NCBI GenBank assembly: GCA_963766325.1
Contig: CAVXZF010000007.1
Coordinates: 935,794 to 999,793 of the forward strand
Length of the DNA: 64,000 nt
DNA from: an uncultured Actinomycetota bacterium
GTDB lineage: Bacteria > Actinomycetota > Actinomycetes > Mycobacteriales > CADCTP01
Direction: 5' to 3'
Part shown: positions 60,734 through 64,000 of the stretch, piece after piece
Numbering within the stretch: the first letter of the stretch is position 1
How the letters are laid out: the number at the start of each line of letters is the position of its first letter
The notes under the pieces: generated by a model
What the model was told of the DNA's origin: nothing
Databases searched by the model: none
What the model saw: only the letters and a program-made list of their open reading frames with translations
Translations under genes and position numbers: made by a program

Positions 60734-61606
60734 TCATCGGCTGGGCTCCCGGTAGTGGTCGTGGACCTCGGGCAGCGCCTCGAAGCCGGCCGCCTGGTAC
60801 GTGGCGACCGCGCCGACGTTGGCGCTCGGCGTGGCGACGAGCGCGCTGCACGAGCCCATGTCCCGCAGCGCGCCGGCCGCCGCGACGGTGACCGCCCGGC
60901 CGTGGCCGTGACCGCGGTGGTCCCGGTGCACGCCCATCGGCTCCAGCAGCCCGGGCCGGCCCGGGCCGGCCGACCACACCGTCACCGCGGCCACCGCCTC
61001 GCCGCGGTCGTCGTACGCGAGCAGGCAGCGGGCGTCGGCGTACGGCAGCCCGGCCGCCGCCGCGCGCCAGCTCTCCTCGCCGAACGTGGACCGGTCGAAC
61101 GACGCCCGGTGGACGGCGGCCCGCACCGGCGCCAGCTCGGGCCCGACCACCTCGATCCGTACGCCCGGGTCCGGCACCGGCTCCGCGAGGTCGTGGCGCA
61201 GCGGCGTCCACGGCTCGTCGGCGGGCCAGCCGGCCGCGGCCAGCAGGTCGTGGACGAGGGCACCGCTCGGCGCCTCGACGTTCACCCGGCCCGCGGGCAG
61301 CACGCCGCGGCCCGGGTCGGCCACATCCTCGACCAGCTGCCGGGCCAGCTCGCCGTCCTGCTGGGCGTCCGGCGCGATCGCCACCCGGACCAGCCCGGGA
61401 CCGTCCAGCAGCCCGATGGCGAGGACCTGCCCGTCCCGGCGCCAGGTCCGGACCGCCGCCGCCGTCGCCTCCGCGCCGAACCGCCAGAACCAGCCGAGGT
61501 CACCCGGGTGCAGCTGGAACGGCACACCGTCCCGCTGCCACTCCCGCAGCACCCCCACGGCCTCGCCCAGCCCGCCCACGTCCGGCACCCCGAGCTCGAT
61601 CGCCAT
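60734..61606 (-). CDS. GNAT-family N-acetyltransferase (two-domain)
   Basis: C-terminal acetyl-CoA-binding signature GVHRDHRGHGHGRAVTVAAAGALRDMG (R/Q-x-x-G-x-G/A). Start at Met 61606 (MAIELGV...) or GTG 61624. Confidence 0.75.
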   Translation of the reverse strand: MAIELGVPDVGGLGEAVGVLREWQRDGVPFQLHPGDLGWFWRFGAEATAAAVRTWRRDGQVLAIGLLDGPGLVRVAIAPDAQQDGELARQLVEDVADPGRGVLPAGRVNVEAPSGALVHDLLAAAGWPADEPWTPLRHDLAEPVPDPGVRIEVVGPELAPVRAAVHRASFDRSTFGEESWRAAAAGLPYADARCLLAYDDRGEAVAAVTVWSAGPGRPGLLEPMGVHRDHRGHGHGRAVTVAAAGALRDMGSCSALVATPSANVGAVATYQAAGFEALPEVHDHYREPSR

Positions 61607-61715
61607 CCCCCGATCCCACCCCACCAGCCACGGGACCGCGCTCCATTTTCATGCGGTCAGTGCCTGGACTCCCGTACCGCATCGCCTCGGCCGCGTCGTT
61701 CGAGTCGACCCTGAG

Positions 61716-61731
61716 TCGAACATGTGTTCGA
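61716..61731. promoter_or_regulatory. Perfect actinobacterial LexA/SOS box TCGAAC-ATGT-GTTCGA
   Basis: 16-bp perfect palindrome matching the TCGAAC-N4-GTTCGA consensus known from Mycobacterium and Streptomyces. It lies in an AT-richer gap ~90-110 nt upstream of the GNAT gene, on the minus-strand side. Confidence 0.6.
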
Positions 61732-61849
61732 TCAATGGAGTAGGCTGATGGAACCTGTCGTTCGGACCGATTCCTAGCACTCAGGACGCGCTCGGCTACG
61801 TCGTGACATGCAACTTCACCACCCTCGGACTACCGCTTAAGGCGGCCGG

Positions 61850-62479
61850 TCAGCGGACGTCGTTGGGGGGACCGAGGGCCTTGACGAGGAACTCCAGCCG
61901 GGCCGCCGGCTCGTCGGCGAAGTGGCCGCGGTAGTCCTCGGTGACGGTGTCGGCGCCGTGGGCACGGGCACCGCGCGAGGACATGCAGGAGTGGTCGGAC
62001 CGGACCAGCACCGCGACCCCGCGGGTGGCCAGACACTCCTCCACCGCGTCGGCGATCTGGGTGGTGAGCCGCTCCTGCACGGTGGCGCGGGCCGCGTACT
62101 CCTGCGCCACCCGGGCCAGCTTGGACAGCCCGACGATGCGCGCCCCCTCGTCCGGCAGGTACTCGACGGTGGCGATCCCGTCGAAGACCAGCAGGTGGTG
62201 CTCGCAGACCGAGGTCACCGGGATGCCGCGGACCGCGATCGAGGTCCGCCCCTCCGGCCGGAACGTCGTGGCCAGGTGCCGCCGCGGGTCCAGCCGCCGG
62301 CCCCAGGTCAGCTCGTCCAGCGCGCGGACGAACCGCTCCGGGGTGCGCTCCACCCCGTCCCGGTCGGTGTCGAAGCCGAGCGCGGTGAGGGCGGCCCGCA
62401 TGTGCTCGGTGGCGGTCGCGATGTCGGCCGGCGAGGTCGTCGGCGGCACCCCCACGGAAGCCAGGTCGATAGCGCTCAT
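61850..62479 (-). CDS. folE: GTP cyclohydrolase I (FolE type) dedicated to the 7-deazaguanine pathway
   Basis: 209 aa from the ATG at 62479 (ATGA overlap with the queE stop). VTSVCEHHLLVFDG and DHSCMSSRG motifs. Confidence 0.88.
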   Translation of the reverse strand: MSAIDLASVGVPPTTSPADIATATEHMRAALTALGFDTDRDGVERTPERFVRALDELTWGRRLDPRRHLATTFRPEGRTSIAVRGIPVTSVCEHHLLVFDGIATVEYLPDEGARIVGLSKLARVAQEYAARATVQERLTTQIADAVEECLATRGVAVLVRSDHSCMSSRGARAHGADTVTEDYRGHFADEPAARLEFLVKALGPPNDVR

Positions 62480-63246
62480 CGGGCCCGCTCCTCGCCCCAG
62501 AGCAGGGTGTGCATCCGCAAGGTCAGGTGCCAGCCGCGGGCCAGCACCGGGTCGGCCAGGGCCCGGCCGCCGTCCAGCACGGTCCGGGCGTCGATCCCCT
62601 CCGGCATGATCCACACCGCGTCCGCCGGCAGCCGGTGGTCGGCGACGATCCCGGCCACCTCGTCGAGCTGCCCGACCGCCCCGACCACGAACTTGAACCG
62701 CGCCCGCCCCCGCCCGGCCAGCTCTCGGAACGCGGCCAGCGCGGGCGCGTCGATCCGCAGCTCGACCGGGTCGCCGGCGTGGGCCAGTTTCGGCGAGACG
62801 TTGAAGACCGGGTCGCCGGGCAGGTCCGGCAGCGGCACCCGGGTGCCGTTGGTCTCCACCTCGATCTCCAGCCCGAGCCCGGCCGCGGCCGCCAGCAGCC
62901 TCCGGAACGCCGGCCGTCCCTGGTGGCCGAGCGGCTCGCCGCCGGTGACTACCAGCACCGGCGCCGTCCCGGCCGGCACCGCCGCCGCCAGCTGCGCCAC
63001 GATCCGCTGCCACGCCACCGGCCGTATCTGCTCCCGCAGATCCCAGCGCCGCGCATCCCATGTATAGGGGGTGTCGCACCAGGTGCAGTGGAGGTTGCAG
63101 CCGCCGAGGCGGACGAAGAGCGCCAGCCGGCCGGTCGACGGGCCCTCGCCCTGGAAGGTAGGGCCGAAGACCTCGGCGACGTAGAGGACGTCGGCAGGCG
63201 ACTCGGCGCCGGCGGCAGCGTCGGTAAGCGACGGGAAGGCGCTCAT
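62476..63246 (-). CDS. queE: 7-carboxy-7-deazaguanine synthase (radical SAM)
   Basis: 256 aa from the ATG at 63246. FQGEGPSTGRLALFVRLGGCNLHCTWCDTPYTW. ATGA overlap with the queD stop. Confidence 0.88.
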   Translation of the reverse strand: MSAFPSLTDAAAGAESPADVLYVAEVFGPTFQGEGPSTGRLALFVRLGGCNLHCTWCDTPYTWDARRWDLREQIRPVAWQRIVAQLAAAVPAGTAPVLVVTGGEPLGHQGRPAFRRLLAAAAGLGLEIEVETNGTRVPLPDLPGDPVFNVSPKLAHAGDPVELRIDAPALAAFRELAGRGRARFKFVVGAVGQLDEVAGIVADHRLPADAVWIMPEGIDARTVLDGGRALADPVLARGWHLTLRMHTLLWGEERAR

Positions 63247-63788
63247 CCGGACACCCCGCTCGCCTGGACGGCGACCCGCCGGCCGCTGCCCGAGCGGACC
63301 GGTGCGGGCACGCCGTACGCGGCGCAGTTGACCGCGGTCTCCTGCACCTCGACCAGGCTGATCCACCCGCCGGGGGCGTGCTCGACGCCGTCCAGGACCT
63401 GCTCGCCGACCCGGTGCAGCAGGACCGCCACGTTCTCCACCGTCGGCCACTCCAGGTCGGCGGCCAGCTTCTCCTCCCCGGCGGCGCTGTTCCCGCGGCC
63501 GAAGACGAAGAGCTTGCTCTCGGGAAACCGGGCCAGGACCGGCATCAGCGGGTCACCGGCGCCGAGCATCGTGCCGTGGTCGAGGTTCGTGTCGACCCAG
63601 CCGCGCAGGCCGGCCTTGAACGCGCCGAACTCCGCGCCGATGCTCCGCCGCAACGCCGGGAAGCTGGCGGTGACCTGGATCTGCCAGGAGTGGCCGTGCA
63701 GGCTCGTGCACTTCCCGGCCAGGTGCGGCAGCCGGTGCGCGGCCTCCGAGTTGTGCTGGAGCTTCACGGAGTGGTGGGCGCCGCTCAC
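63243..63788 (-). CDS. queD: 6-carboxy-5,6,7,8-tetrahydropterin synthase with a ~60-aa C-terminal extension
   Basis: GTG at 63788 overlaps the queC stop (GTGA). NSEAAHRLPHLAGKCTSLHGHSW and a conserved His/Glu pattern. Confidence 0.85.
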   Translation of the reverse strand: MSGAHHSVKLQHNSEAAHRLPHLAGKCTSLHGHSWQIQVTASFPALRRSIGAEFGAFKAGLRGWVDTNLDHGTMLGAGDPLMPVLARFPESKLFVFGRGNSAAGEEKLAADLEWPTVENVAVLLHRVGEQVLDGVEHAPGGWISLVEVQETAVNCAAYGVPAPVRSGSGRRVAVQASGVSG

Positions 63789-64000
63789 GATGTCACCGCT
63801 CCGAGCCGCGGCGTGGAGTCTGCGTAAGTGGTCGGGTCGGGCACGCCGGCGTCCCGGAACGCCTCTTGCCGCTCGCGGCAGGTCGCGCAGACCCCGCACT
63901 GTGTGTCGCCGCCCTTGTAGCAGGACCAGGTCAGATGCAGCGGTGCGCCGAGCTCCGAGCCGCGGCGGGTGACGTCGGTCTTGCTCATGTAGATGAACGG
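63785..64000 (-). CDS. queC: 7-cyano-7-deazaguanine synthase, C-terminal fragment (gene continues past window end)
   Basis: ...FIYMSKTDVTRRGSELGAPLHLTWSCYKGGDTQCGVCATCRERQEAFRDAG (zinc-binding C-x-x-C-x-x-C tail of QueC). The frame stays open to position 64000. Confidence 0.85.
   Translation of the reverse strand, partial: PFIYMSKTDVTRRGSELGAPLHLTWSCYKGGDTQCGVCATCRERQEAFRDAGVPDPTTYADSTPRLGAVTS

Noticed and set aside
61625-61849. preQ1 riboswitch or small ORF in the AT-richer gap after folE
   Set aside because: The gap is downstream, not upstream, of the que operon. I could not see the preQ1-I/II consensus, and the only ORFs are 9 codons or fewer. The LexA box is the only supported element.

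Overview
This is a very GC-rich actinomycete chromosomal segment; the gene content and synteny look Micromonosporaceae- or Streptomyces-like. From 1 to about 22 kb it is the conserved translation/transcription core, all on the minus strand except two plus-strand genes (a CGNR zinc-finger gene and an aminotransferase): queued in window order as tuf (partial), fusA, rpsG, rpsL, [CGNR zinc-finger gene, +], rpoC, rpoB, rplL, rplJ, [CapA-like lipoprotein], rplA, rplK, nusG, secE, tRNA-Trp, [aminotransferase, +; M1 peptidase], a HadAB-like dehydratase pair, an SDR, rpmG, tRNA-Met and tRNA-Thr. The rest is accessory or metabolic. It holds two membrane GGDEF-EAL proteins, a Liv-type ABC importer operon, a PucR regulator with an alcohol dehydrogenase, vapBC, pirin, an aldo/keto reductase, fprA, an ABC-2 exporter, a GNAT gene behind a perfect LexA box, and a folE-queE-queD-queC (preQ0) operon that runs off the window end.

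The best candidate for a new system is a tightly translationally coupled four-gene minus-strand operon at 39895-46241. It encodes a CHAT-protease/SIR2-like fusion, a P-loop STAND-like NTPase with a C-terminal TM anchor, a second clan-CD (gingipain/caspase-like) peptidase, and an alpha/beta-hydrolase that is frameshifted in a C5 run. This looks like an NTPase-governed multi-effector conflict or cell-death module.

The second most interesting item is an ORF too short for the ORF track (24965-25096, minus) with a strong Shine-Dalgarno. It encodes MSA plus five tandem octapeptide repeats ([LV][LM]DGASWN) directly upstream of a GGDEF-EAL gene. Other points of note are an 84-bp tandem repeat whose core recurs in the fusA-tuf spacer, a triple-repeat acidic protein, and several hairpin terminators.

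Many long ORFs in the track are antisense or read-through artefacts of the high GC content and were rejected. All domain calls come from motif reading by eye; no database search was run.
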